NCBI GenBank assembly: GCA_002269645.1
Contig: NIVC01000894.1
Coordinates: 62,001-126,000, forward strand
Direction: 5' to 3'
Source: Macrostomum lignano
Lineage: Eukaryota
Length of the DNA: 64,000 nucleotides
Below the pieces are notes generated by a model. The model was given only the letters and a program-made list of their open reading frames with translations. It did no database searches and had not been told where the DNA came from. Numbering within the stretch: position 1 is the first letter of the stretch; each line of letters opens with the position of its first letter. Positions 1 through 11,757 of the stretch are shown here, in pieces. The position numbers and the translations under genes are program-made.

Positions 1-22
1 TTCTTGCGCATTAGCCGTGGCT

Positions 23-757
23 TCACCAAGAGATAGGGGCACCCACCAAGAGCCAGATGAGCCCACCAAGAAACAGGGCACCCACCAAGAGATAGGGGCA
101 CCCACCAAGAGATAGGGGCACCCACCAAGAGACAGGGACACCCACCAAGAGACAGGGACACCCACCAAGAGACAGGGCACCCACACCAAGAGACAGGGAC
201 ACCCACCAAGAGACAGGGACACCCACCAAGAGACAGGGCACCCACACCAAGAGACAGGGACACCCACCAAGAGACAGGGACACCCACCAAGAGACAGGGC
301 ACCCACACCAAGAGACAGGGACACCCACCAAGAGACAGGGACACCCACCAAGAGACAGTGCACCCACACCAAGAGACAGGGACACCCACCAAGAGACAGG
401 GACACCCACCAAGAGACAGGGACACCCACCAAGAGACAGGGACACCCACCAAGAGACAGGGCACCCACACCAAGAGACAGGGACACCCACCAAGAGACAG
501 GGGCACCCACACCAAGAGACAGGGGCACCCACCAAGAGACAGGGGCACCCACCAAGAGACAGGGGCACCCACCAAGAGACAGGGGCACCCACCAAGAGAC
601 AGGGACACCCACACCAAGAGACAGGGACACCCACCAAGAGACAGTGCACCCACACCAATAGACAGTGCACCCACACCAAGAGACAGGGACACCCACCAAG
701 AGACAGTGCACCCACACCAATAGACAGTGCACCCACACCAAGAGACAGGGGCACCAA
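23..757. repeat. Minisatellite, 19-21 bp units (CACCAAGAGACAGGG(G/A)CAC[C])
   Basis: CACCAAGAGACAG core recurs every ~19-21 bp; the ORFs at 23-757 and 358-723 are just translations of the unit. Confidence 0.95.
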
Positions 758-1487
758 ACTACAAGTACGAGATAGATGCGCAAACTAAGAAACCAAATAT
801 TGGTACCCCAATTAATGTTGCCACTTCTCCAGTTAAAGTTGCTGTGTACGCAACTGGATATAATGTACTTTTAATGCAGAGCATGGTTCGGTTTACCCTA
901 GTGGCCGGTGTGCACTCATGCGACAGCCTTAGTTAGGCAGCCTGCAGTTGATGTTGTAAATTCTTAACTAGGCAATAGAGCCATTGTTATCCCAATATCC
1001 ATCATCTCCATCAATATTGCCGTCAGAGCTATATTGGATTCTGATTGTGAGCACACCAGGGCTTTCTGATGCAGGATGGAATTTGAGTTCGAAAGCGTTA
1101 GCGAACCCGAGAACTCCTAAGTGTGGGTTGTAGCCAAGGAATGCGACCGGTACTAAGCCCAATCTTTAAGAATCTTGCGAACATCTCTGTCAGATTTAAA
1201 TTGGTTGATTGATTGAAAACAGAATTAGGGAACAAATCCCAAACAAAATTTGCCGTTCCATCAGTAAATTCGCGGGATTTGGTATCGCTAATACATTTAT
1301 ATTAGAGGCAAACATATTGTATACATTGTACGGTGGGTTGCAAAATTTAAAACCAGGGAATACGAGGCATTTGTTAGAGTTTTATAGGGGCTAAAGGTTT
1401 AAGGTATAATTATTAAAATTAAAATTAAAACATTATTTAATTAACCAAATAACCATTATTTAACCAAATAGGCGGATGAGCAACCGA

Positions 1488-1739
1488 CAGCTATTGAGCG
1501 GCGCATCTGAAGGCTGCGTACGGCTGCTCAGTACAAGCACTGGGGGGGAGGTCGCCACACACACCCACAGTTAATTACCCCAGCTAATGCTGGCACCCAT
1601 TCTACAGCTGGTTGAACTGAAGCAATGCAGAGTTAAGTGTCCTGCTCAATGACAAAAATTGTCGCAAGTGGGTCGAGAATCGAACCCCCGACCTTTCAGT
1701 CGTGTGTCAGACGCTCTAACCACAAAGGCTGCAACCCCC
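1488..1739 (-). mobile_element. tRNA-derived SINE with CORE-like central domain (copy 1)
   Basis: Minus strand reads GGGGTTGCAGCC..GTGGTTAGAGC (A box), GGTTCGATTCTC (B box), then TTGAGCAGGACACTTAACTCTGCATTGCTTCAGTTCAACCAGCTGTAGAATGGGT (resembles MIR/CORE) and tail CAGCCGTACGCAGCCTTCAGATGCGCC. A second copy lies at 21382-21641. Confidence 0.85.
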
Positions 1740-1903
1740 TTGGGTTAAACTTAACTTGTTCATAAATTGAATATGCTCGCAGATATGTATCAATATGCTG
1801 GTTACAGAAGGTTACAAACGGATAAAAAAGTTTTGATCGAGCAAAAAAAGTTTATTTTGTTTTTGTCAAATTTTTGCTATCATTTAAGCTGCAGTCTCAG
1901 TTT

Positions 1904-3566
1904 CTAAAAAGCCCTCCTGAGATCGAGACTGACTTTATAAGCGAGCTGGTCAACCTTCTGCGGTACGACGTGGTACAGTTTGTTATCGATCTGGACTGGC
2001 TCCTTCTGCAGGTGCCGGTTCACCTTGGTCATGATGTAGCCGAGATCGTGCCGCTTGAAATCTGTTTCAATATAACTGCACAGAGTCTGCACAAATACGG
2101 AGCCTTCGGCGGTGTCTCGGAACGCCACTGAGCCCGGGGTGTTGGCGAAGCAGAGCAGGAAGTCTCCTTCGGCGGGGTGGATGGCCGGGTCGAGCACTGG
2201 GGCTGGCGGCTCATCAGTTCTCATAGTGGAGTATTCGACTGCCGATGCAGCATTTCGGCAGGCTGGCGCAGAAAGCTTGTCAGTTTTCATTCTTGAGCTC
2301 CGACTACCGATTCTGTTGCCGCGGCAGGCCTGGATGAAGAAAATCTTTGGCTTCCCAGCCAGACTTTTGCAGACGGAGGCCTGAGAAGGTATGGTTGAGC
2401 ATAGGCTAAGATTGCTTGAACAAAATATGTTTTTAAAAAAGCAGACCAGAGCAAAAGTAAATTTAACGGCATCTCAGCAAGTGGAAGCTTCTTTGACTCA
2501 TGCCACCAATGGTCTAGAGCATGTAGAACACTGTACATGTACCATCATCAGCCGAGAGGTCCGTCGATGAAAGAGACAATGCATATGTGCACCAGCTGTG
2601 TGGAATTCTGGGTTTGGCTGCGTGCTCAAATGTCGGGCAAGATCATTCTTCCAATTGCTAATAACAAGGAGTTCAGACAGAATGGTCAATGCTAACCTGA
2701 AACCTCTCGGTTAGTTTACGGATCTCATACGGGACGCCGTCGCTGCCGTAGATACAGTCGTGGCTGCCGTGAGCCATAAAAAAGCAAACAAAGCTGCCGT
2801 GTCTGGCCAGCTCTTTCGATCGCTTCACCTCGCTGAGAAAGTCGTCGATCTCCTCGGCAGTGAGGTCCTCCTGCTTTTTGACGCGGAATTGGAGCTTCCC
2901 AAAGAGTTCGGTCACTCGATCTACATCCCGCTGGGAACCTTCGCGCTCCTCGTGGCTGACTGTGATATCGCTAGTAGCCGTGTACTTGTTGATGTTGACA
3001 ATGATGCAGAATCCTTGAGGATTGGTCACTTTATAGTAGTCCTCGTCTAGCCTAAAATACGAGTACGAAGGAAATCATTCAGTAAACACTCAGAGAGTTT
3101 CAGAGAGAAGATTCTGAGATTACCATATTGACGGTCCTCCACTTTTTCGAGAGACTCCGGTGGCACCTTGTGGATACAGGTCTGTACTCCGGCTGCTAAA
3201 ATAATATTTATCATAAATTTTATCAACTTTCTATTCTAAAGACGAAAAATACGAGACTTGTTCAAAATTTGTGTAAAAAACATACTAATTTTCCTGTTCC
3301 TCGTAATTTGATAGCTCATCCACATCGTCAACCTGTGTTCTTGTTCTTCGGGTCGAATAATTACTAGAAGATTGGCTAGTGGACCGTGTAGTGCCGCTAA
3401 GCTTTGCTTCCACTTCCAAATTGTGACTTGCAACACCAGTGGCTCTTTTAGAAGACATTTCTTCCACTTCCAAATTGAGACTTGCAACACCAGTGGCTCT
3501 TTTAGAAGACATTTCTTTCACTTCCAAATTGAGACTTGCAACACCAGTGGCTCTTTTAGAAGACAT
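1904..3566 (-). CDS. Caspase paralogue A (peptidase C14), ~394 aa; exons 3566-3286, 3195-3124, 3051-2697, 2380-1904; 5' start uncertain
   Basis: GT-AG joins are phase-consistent (total 1185 nt). Motifs: GFCIIVNINKY, REGSQRD, catalytic MAHG, LAGKPKIFFIQACRG (QACRG at 2318-2332), small subunit GDFLLCFANTPGSVAFRD..GSVFVQTLC. Confidence 0.92.
3405..3566 (-). repeat. Three 54-bp coding tandem repeats (MSSKRATGVAS[L/H]NLEV[K/E][E/A]) in the caspase A prodomain
   Basis: ATGs at 3566, 3512 and 3458 start near-identical 18-aa units. Confidence 0.9.
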
Positions 3567-3852
3567 TGGACTTGTCAAATCTCTTAGCTGAGCTGGTTTG
3601 CACAAAAAGCAGAATCCGCTCCACTAGCGCACCTGCCCCAGTGACTGCTTTTGTAGGCTTGTGCAGGTTGCCATGAGAATGGGGGTTACTTTATCCTATC
3701 ATCTCTTACTCTATTCTAGAAGTACTCGTACATTACTTGTCATTTCTTTTTCCGTGCAATAGCTTTTTGCTACTGACGTAAGTAGGAGATAGAGAATAAT
3801 ACTGTACAATTTTGCAATGCGTCATCAATGCACTTTTATTTGTCTTTTAAGG

Positions 3853-4036
3853 TAGGGGACAGCAAACATTGGTCCGCGGCCCACATGCGGCCCGCGAAGG
3901 CTATCTATCCGGCTCCAAGTACTACTTAACATTGTTGTTGTTAAGTAGTCCTTGTCTGGCTCTCTGGTCCTTTAAAACTTCGCATTAGCATTGCAATCCG
4001 GCCCGCACGAGGTTTGTGTCTCTTTGCAGCTCCCTA
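3853..4036. mobile_element. Probable hAT-derived MITE (~184 bp)
   Basis: Imperfect TIRs TAGGGGACAGCAAA ... TTTGCAGCTCCCTA; subterminal GGTCCGCGGCCCACATGCGGCCCGCG and CGGCCCGC motifs typical of hAT/Charlie ends. No 8-bp TSD seen. Confidence 0.5.
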
Positions 4037-4044
4037 GTCGAATC

Positions 4045-4250
4045 TCCTCTTCCCTCTTCCCTTCTCTCCTCTCCTTTCCTTCTCTCCTCTCTTCTCTCCT
4101 CTCCTCCTCTCTCCTCTCCTCTGCTCTCCTCTCATCTTCTCACCTCTCCTGTCCTCTCCTCTTCTCCTCTCCCCCTCCTCTGCTCTCCTTTCCTTTCATC
4201 TCCTCTCCTCTCCTCTCTCATCTCATCTGCTCTCCTGTCTCCTCTTTTGA
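4045..4250. repeat. CT-rich low-complexity tract
   Basis: Nearly pure pyrimidine (CTCTC/CTC) runs. Confidence 0.9.
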
Positions 4251-4548
4251 GGTCTTCGTTCTATTATTGTCCGTCAATTTCAGTGAGAAAGTAATTGGCT
4301 GAAATATTAAGGAATTGCTATTATTTTCCATTCATACTACAATACTTCTTTAAATGGAAAAGGGAATCTCTATTCGGGTATTTCTAAATTCTGGTGTATA
4401 GTAAGGATGAGTTTTGCGGGTCCGACCAACTGCTTGATATATTTAGTGACCAGAATTTCGATTTATTAGTGAATTTAGTACCTCAAGTGGTTCGAAATTC
4501 TGAAATGAAGTGACGATAACAATCGATTATCTTAGAACTGAGCTGGAG

Positions 4549-4668
4549 CCCTGGTGCTAAAGCCCCTGGTGCTAAACCCCTGGTGCTAAACCCCTGGTGC
4601 TAAAGCCCCTTGGTGCTAAAGCTCCTAGTGCTAAAGCCATTAATGCTAAAGCCCCCTTGTGCTAAAGC
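4549..4668. repeat. 15-bp minisatellite GCCCCTGGTGCTAAA (degenerate copy)
   Basis: About 7-8 units; same unit as 49010-49150. Confidence 0.85.
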
Positions 4669-5829
4669 CACTAACGAATCACAAATGCCTACTAACAACA
4701 GTAATAGTTGCAGATGGTTTCACTCTATACGTACTTTTAAAGCACAAAAAAAATTTAAATCACGTGAGCGCTATGGTCTATAGAGTCGCGGGCAGAACTA
4801 TTTTTTATTGTTATTGTTACTGGGTGAAATTAACGAGAATGCAGGAGCAGCCAGGTATTGGAGCAAGAAGCCTGTCCTGAGCGTAACCAATGACATCCTA
4901 TTTAGAGATAAAGGGACAGGGGTGGCTGGAATTAGGAGTCAAGAAGGGGTTTGGGACGATCGATAAAGCGGTGTGTACAGTACTGGGAGAGGAGACTGAA
5001 GTATGTGGCAGTTTAATTTTACAGTACTATTATAACTCAATATTGAACATGAGCAGCGCCCGAGAGGCCTGGACAAATTCCTGTACAGTCACTATGGTAA
5101 CCGCTTGCAGTTAAAGCCGCTATTGAACTCACTCTATGCCCATTGTTGTGCAAGCCTTTTGTTGGTTGGGCCAGGCGCGACCCAGGGTTGTAAAAATATG
5201 CCAAGCACCTTTTCGGCACATCAGATCTGAGGGAGAAGCCGCTCCATTCATAGTCTAGCAGCTTGCATTTCATCGCACACACTGCTTGCTACTACACGAA
5301 AGACTATGAATTAAGGCATTAATCTATATCTAAGGATTTAGGATAAATAAAAAACGGTTTTAAATATTTACAGCATCGTCATTTTTATGCACTTTTAGCG
5401 ACACAATTTTCTTCCTTAGCGACAACACAAGGGTGGGGGCAAAATTGATAAATATTTTGAAATAAGCAGATATATTATTGCGTAGTTACAAATAAATATT
5501 CTTTTAAGCACAAAAGCACAGTTCACAGAATCTTAAGATGCTCGATTTCACATCTAAAACAAGAACGAAAAAACAGCAATCAGTTTTTGAGATTTCAAGA
5601 ATACAAACAAAAAATTTAACAAATAAACACTGTTTAATTCAATCTACCGAAAAAGTACGACGTAAAAGACGAGATTAAATAGGCCTAAAGGGCAGGAGAC
5701 CGGTGAAAAACGTACTTCGTATCATCACGGTCTGTCAAATTCTGAATAAAGAGTACATTTTAACAACAATTTGACAACAAGTTCCTTCAGAAAAAATCTT
5801 CACTGAGACGTCACCCGGCTTTGAGAGGC

Positions 5830-6925
5830 CTAGTTGGCCCTGCTGGGATCAAAGCTGACCCGGCGTGCCAGCTGGTCCACCTTCTGCGTCACAATAGACT
5901 GCAACTTGCCATCGCCGGTCTCAACAGAATTCTTCTGCAGGAAGTTGTTCACTTTGGTCATGATGTGCGACACGTCGTGCACCTTGTAGTGCTGCTGCAT
6001 GAAGCGGCAAAGAATCTGCACAAATGGCGAGCCCCTGTGGGTGTCTCTTATGGCGACGGAGCCCGGTGTGCTGGCGAAACACCGCAGAAAGTCGCCTTCG
6101 GCCGGACATAAGTCTCGGTTTCTCAGAGGAGCAAGTGCGGCTGCGTCGAAGGTCACGCTGGACTCTCCAGCTTCTTGAGTGGAGCGAGTCTGGCCTTGTC
6201 CCATGGCTGGGACTCGGTCGGAGCGAATGGTGGAGCGTGCAGCGGCTAAAGTGTTGGTGCGACAGGCTTGAATGAAGAAGATTTTCGGTTTCCTGGACAG
6301 AGCCTGGCAGAAGTAGGACTGAAACAGCGAATTCGTGAAAATTAGTTTGCAGATTTTTCCCTAGAGTAACAAATTACACATTTTTTGCGATTGTGTAGCG
6401 TCCCTCAACCCGCTTAAGACCACCCAGATACTCAGAAAAGTACAATACAAATAATTACCATTGACGACAATAAGACTGGTAGACTAATTAGCGTAGTTTT
6501 TGTCAATAAAAATCTGCATTTTTAAATTACCTGAAATTTATCAACGATCCTATCGATGGGATAAGGAACCCAATCGGCTCCGTAGATGCAGTCGTGGCTG
6601 CCGTGAGCCATTAAAAAGCAGACAAAACTGCCGTGCTTGTTGAGCTCCTCTGATCTCTTTACGTCATTGAGATAGTCGTCGATCTCCTGAGTTTTGAGGT
6701 CTTCCCGAACTTTGACAATGAAACGAAGCTCCTCGAATACTTGTCTCACTAGCTGCACATCCTTCGCCGATCCTTCACGTATCTCTGGATCGATGTTGGC
6801 TGTGCCTCCCTCCTTGTGCTTTAACTCTTCGTATTTGCCAATGTTGATGATGATGCAGAATCCCTGCGGGTTCGTAACTGGGTAGAACTCCTCTTCGCTC
6901 CTGGAATTGGGCATAGCGATTGAAA
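5830..6925 (-). CDS. Caspase paralogue B catalytic exons (6925-6531, 6318-5830), QACRT active site
   Basis: GFCIIINIGKY, REGSAKD, FLMAHGSHDCIYG; phase-0 join KFQ|SYFCQALSRKPKIFFIQACRT (QACRT at 6256-6270); GDFLRCFASTPGSVAIRD..GSPFVQILC. Closely similar to paralogue A. Confidence 0.92.
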
Positions 6926-7094
6926 CTGAATTATATATTACCAAACCCGAGAAATTCTCTCCAACCTTATATATTTTTCTATATTTTATTATTTATATAC
7001 CTAATAGTTTTTTAAAGGTAAAATACGCTCGTAATTTCGTGGGTTCATATAATTTATTCACGAGAAAAGCTGCTTTCACAGATTTAAAAGTTTA

Positions 7095-7235
7095 TAGTCT
7101 ATGGGCTTCCTCTCAGGTCTATGGGCTTCCTCAGATCTATGGGCTTCCTCTCAGGTCTATGGGCTTCCATAGCGTCAGATCTATGGACTTCATTAGATCA
7201 TTGGCCTTCCTCGGGTCTATGGACTTCCTCAGATT
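7095..7235. repeat. ~18-20 bp intronic minisatellite (TCTATGGGCTTCCTCAG[G/A])
   Basis: About 6-7 degenerate units. Confidence 0.8.
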
Positions 7236-7363
7236 CATAGTCTTTTTAAGCCAATAAAAGAACACTAAGCCTAACTTAGACCTTATTTCTAGTCTCTGAC
7301 GATGTCTCAAATAAAAAATCCCAATAGTACATTTAAGCAAGCAAGCGAGACCTCGTGGCTTAC

Positions 7364-8270
7364 CAGTTCGTCTGTCTAGTCGTAGCACCGCTTTGAGAGC
7401 CTGTTGACGGCTGAACTTCCGGAAATTCCGCTCTTTCAGGCGACCTGAAATTGATTAAATCAGATTAAATTCAAGTACTAACTATACTCGTTAACCTGTT
7501 GCTTTTTATCAATTTTTAGCTTTCTGAATCTAGAAATAGGTCGCATAAATCTATAAAACCAGAGTGTCCTTCACTGGTCCAACTCTCAATCTGCAGTAGT
7601 ATGACTTGCCAGCTCTCATCTTCGTCCCAGATGTCGTCTGTCTGAGCTCCTCGCCGCGTTTTCCATCTACAAGGATGAGAGCATTGTTCTAAACAATCCG
7701 CCTATACTGAAAATTACTAGTACGAGCAATAAGTACAAGACAAATATCAATCAACACATACGGCAGATTCGGAGTCTCATCAAAGAATTTTTTCGATTGG
7801 TACCTGAAACAGGCAAGCGAAAAGGTAATTGTTACTGATGCACATTTAGATTTTGTCAAGCAGTTTTGCAGTTGGACAATATGAGCCAAGTACAAAATCA
7901 ACTCTTTGATAACCTTTTTTTCGATGGGAAATGTACTAAAACATCCGAAAGTCCTAAAATATACTCAGCAACATAGCAAAGTCGCCACTCGGGTAGCTTT
8001 AATCCGTCCAACCCTCGCACACCGCTTCCCCCCACTTCATTCCTCAACTCAAGTCTGCCGTGGCGTAGCTGAGTTGCGTCACTCGCAAATATTGAGAGAC
8101 TTTACCAGCGCTTTCACAAGTAGCGATCACAGACGGAATCTTCTGTGATGGCGACTTTTCGATGTTGCAGGTCATGCGAGCTATATTGAACTTGATTGTT
8201 ATTTTAATATCTTCCCGTGTCACTTCCATCAGCAAGTGAAGTCAAGGGCAACTTACGCTCGTAGAAACAC
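7364..8270 (-). CDS. Six small linker exons (8270-8257, 8180-8106, 7953-7914, 7803-7762, 7666-7560, 7444-7364) joining the ankyrin exons to caspase B
   Basis: All are bounded by AG/GT with consistent phases (2-1-1-2-2-1-1) and read without a stop: PCFYEPRMTCNIEKSPSQKIPSVIATCESAGLSDVLVHFPSKKRYQSKKFFDETPNLPWKTRRGAQTDDIWDEDESWQVILLQIESWTSEGHSGRLKERNFRKFSRQQALKAVLRLDRRT|VSIAMP. The model needs a 14-nt microexon, two weak donors, and skipping of a strong upstream AG near 7708. Confidence 0.55.
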
Positions 8271-8318
8271 CTTCAGAGCAAATTACTTGCCCATAAAGAG
8301 CGGTAAATGTAAACTCAC

Positions 8319-10319
8319 GGTTGCAGTAAGTCGGTCAGATCCTCCTTATCATATTCGAGGGCAATTTCATAGGCAGTGCAGCCACGGGAGTCTTTCAGAC
8401 TCCAATCGGCGCCTCCAGCCAACAGGAACCACCCTGTCAAGAAGGCTCTTCGAATGGGCGTGTTGGAGGCTGCCGCGATCAGGGGAGTCTCGCCGTTGTC
8501 CTTTGTGGCATTGGCGGCGGCTCCTGCATTTAGCAGTGCGACAATCGCCGAGTCGTTTCCTGTCTCGGCTGCGTGATGCACACAGGTATTGGCATTTATG
8601 TCGGCGCAGGTTGGGTCAGTCAGGTTCAGCAGCTGCTTCCAAACGGACGCGTTTTCAATTTCGACGCTCCGAACTAGATGCATCAGCATGGTGTGACCGG
8701 CTCTGCTAGGCAGATCGCAGTTGGCGCGCGTCACCAGCCGCAGCAGCGTCGCCACGTTGCCCTCCCGGGCCAGGCACTCCAGCTTCTCTCTGTCGGCCTC
8801 TTCCTGCAGCGATTAGTTAACAGGAAATCGACGTTAAGTAGATCAGGAGGTTTCTTCTCAACTCTCTTTTCTCCTCTCTCCCCATCTTCTCCCTCATCTA
8901 TTATCTCATTTCCTCTCTCATCTAGACCGCAGCTAGGTTCTTTATCTGGCCCTTCCTTGAGGTAAAAAAGTTTGCCGATCCCTTAAGTAGTAGATGCATT
9001 GCCACATGGTAAATAAGAGACACGCACCAGCGAACGAGGCTTACCTGCTTCGTCAGACCGTTGATTAACCCAATCGCGACCACATCCAGACGCATCTCGC
9101 TGCAGAAAAAATCCAAAAAATCTCGTGTTATACGCTCGTATTGACAAAACCAGCTATTCTTGAGAATGATATTCTGTAAAGCCAGAAAGTAAAGCAGGGC
9201 AGATTACACACCAGACTCACTCACCGTTCTATATAGCTGGCCAGCTCTGAGTAGCCCTTGAATTACGCCAGCTCCAGCGCCGTCTGACCATTTTGGTCCT
9301 TCATTCCAAAAAACTTCTGCCTCATCGGGTTTCGACTCATATCGCCAGTGTAGCTGGCCTTTAGAAACCTGCCTAGTTGTCGTGCTGTACTGACGCCTCT
9401 GTATTCGTCTATGAACCTCTCCTGCCTCAGCAGGTGCAGCAGGTGCTTGGCGCATTTCCAGCTGCCAAAAAGCACCGCCTCCATCAGCGGAGTGCGTCCC
9501 CACTCGTTCTGCAGCCACTTCGCCTCGAAAGGCAGCAGCGCCAGCACTCGCACGTGGTCCCGGCGGGCTGCCAGGTGAGCAGCCGTGTTGCCCTCTGCGT
9601 CAGATGCTTTCGGATCCGCGCCGAGCTCAAACAAGTACAAGATGCACTTTTCAGCTTGCAAAGGAGTTCCACGAGTGTCGGCCACTAGCATCAAAACGGT
9701 GCGTCCACTTCCATCTTTTGACTTTACTAACCGGCGCATCGCCAGCTGTCGCACTTGTCCGAAGTCGCCTTGAATGACAAGCTTAGCGAGTCGCTGCAAG
9801 GCTGCTGACTCATCAACCGTGTCAGATTTTGCCTAAGAATAAAGTTTAAGATTCAAAGCGAAAGAATGATACGTTCTAAAAAGAGCTTCGCCTGTCGACC
9901 CTCAAGCGTCATTGTACCTGTACTAACGATCCTCAAGCGGCATTGTACCTGTACTAACGATCCTCAAGCGGCATTGTACCTCTACTAACGATCCTCAAGC
10001 GGCATTGTACCTGTACTAACGATCCTCAAGCGGCATTGTACCTGTGCTAACGATCCTCAAGCGGCATTGTACCTGTGCTAACGATCCTCAAGCGGCATTG
10101 TACCTGTACTAACGATTCTCAAGCGGCATTGTACCTGTACTAACGATCCTCAAGCGGGATTGTGCCTGTACTAACGATCTTCAAACGGCAATATGTCTGT
10201 AATAACGATTCTCAAATAGCATTATACCTTTAATACATCCTGACTATTGTAAAGGACTGGTACTTAGACGTGCTTCATAAGCTTCTTACCTGGGAATTTA
10301 CTGAGCTACCAGAGCCCAT
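8319..10319 (-). CDS. Ankyrin-repeat region with N-myristoylation motif; exons 10319-10290, 9832-9267, 9099-9045, 8803-8319
   Basis: Starts MGSGSSVNSQ (MGxxxS). About 8 ANK-like motifs (GRTVLMLVA, GNTAAHLAA, GRTPLMEAV, GQTALELA, GHTMLMHLV, NTCVHHAA, GETPLIAAA, GCTAYEIA). Phase-consistent GT-AG joins. The last exon ends at donor CC|GTGAGT rather than at a stop. Confidence 0.88.
9899..10205. repeat. 31-bp intronic minisatellite (CCTCAAGCGGCATTGTACCTGTACTAACGAT)
   Basis: About 9-10 units, decaying at the right end. Confidence 0.92.
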
Positions 10320-11757
10320 TATCGTTTGGAAACAAGCGGATTTTTTCGAGAGGAAAAATGGAACTGCTATTGCCTGGTGTTGAGCTGAGAGCGGAGGCTT
10401 TTGACTGCTCTAGCTTTTATAGACTCTATTGTATATGTCTAGTATGAGAAACACGCAGTCTTAAACAATCTCATGATGCTACTGAACTGCGGTAGTGTAG
10501 TGCGCACATAATCAGGCGCTTGTAACTATTGCTGTTGTAGTTGGCCTAATCGTGTTGAAGATGTCTGTGTTATCTACGAGCTACATGTACGTACTTAGCA
10601 TCCGCTTGTCTTTTTATGTGGTAAATTCTTAGATAGGACTAGATTGGAATTGATTTTCCGATACAGACAATTTAAGTCTATAGACAAAAAAGAGTGTTTG
10701 TTTGAATTGAAGCTGACGTTTTAGGCTGTAGGAGGACCAGAAGCAGTAGATATAGGTTGGAAAGGTCGATTAGATGGACCAGCCCGGTGTGACTTGCCGT
10801 GACTTCTATGCCCAAAGATCGACGTCCGTCGGCGCCAAAATCTCATCGTTGTTGCAAAACAAGACGGTCTGGACCAGCGCCCTCTGGTGGTTTGGCAGCG
10901 CCTCAGACTGCAGGACCGCTCTCATAGAGTGAAGGGCAACCCTGCAAGCAACGCCGCAGATTCTTTCAGAGATCAGGTAGGCTGTCCTGACGGAGGTAGA
11001 ATTCACACGTTCTCCACAAGAATCCACACGAATCCACGACTCCACAAACGTAAGGACAGACGCTTTAGGCTAGTAATAATGTTCGAGGAGGGCTGTAGGG
11101 TGTCTTTATGGGTGTAAATCGCACGACAGTTAAGAAGAGTTAAGGATAGGCAGCCAAATACTCAGCAATATTGAATTCATTCGAAGTCACTTCCCTGCGA
11201 AACCATCGTTCTACAGTGATTCTTTCCCACGATCCCAAAAGACAATGAAAATGTATTTTATATACGCTACTAGTAGTAAAATATTCGTTTTTTAAGTTGT
11301 CGGCAAAGCAACAATCAGCATGCTTAGATTAACGAGGTTGCTTCAAACTAGCAACAATTGCAGGTATGCAGGCGCAGTGGGGCGTAAATGTAAATAAGGG
11401 GGAGTGGGCCGGAAAAGTTGAGCAGCTCTGCACATTGCTCTGCTTTAACGTGCTTCTTTTGTCGCAGCGCTGCCAGCCAGGCCCAGTCGAGGTCTGAGAC
11501 ACTCAAGATAGGCAAATTAGGTGGACTGGACAATAAGAGAAGAATTTTGAAATTTATACTGCAACAACTTTCTGCATCTGGGCCAGAGCACAATAAAGTC
11601 TATATTATTTAGATTCTTCGCTTCATTCAAGCATCTACCTTTAGGCAGTCCAATTTTAGCTGATATTGAATGGGTCAAGGTAAAGAAATCTTTGTCATAA
11701 AAGCGTAAACTCTCAAAGCAGTGAAAGAGATTCTGCTGTCAAGACTCGGATTAGAAG

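Noticed and set aside
727-1394. Short ORFs on both strands left of caspase A
   Set aside because: No recognisable domain and no consistent exon chain; they could belong to a gene extending outside the window.
8315-8317. Stop codon ending the ankyrin ORF in the track
   Set aside because: The TGA lies inside a canonical donor (CC|GTGAGT), so the exon most likely splices onward.
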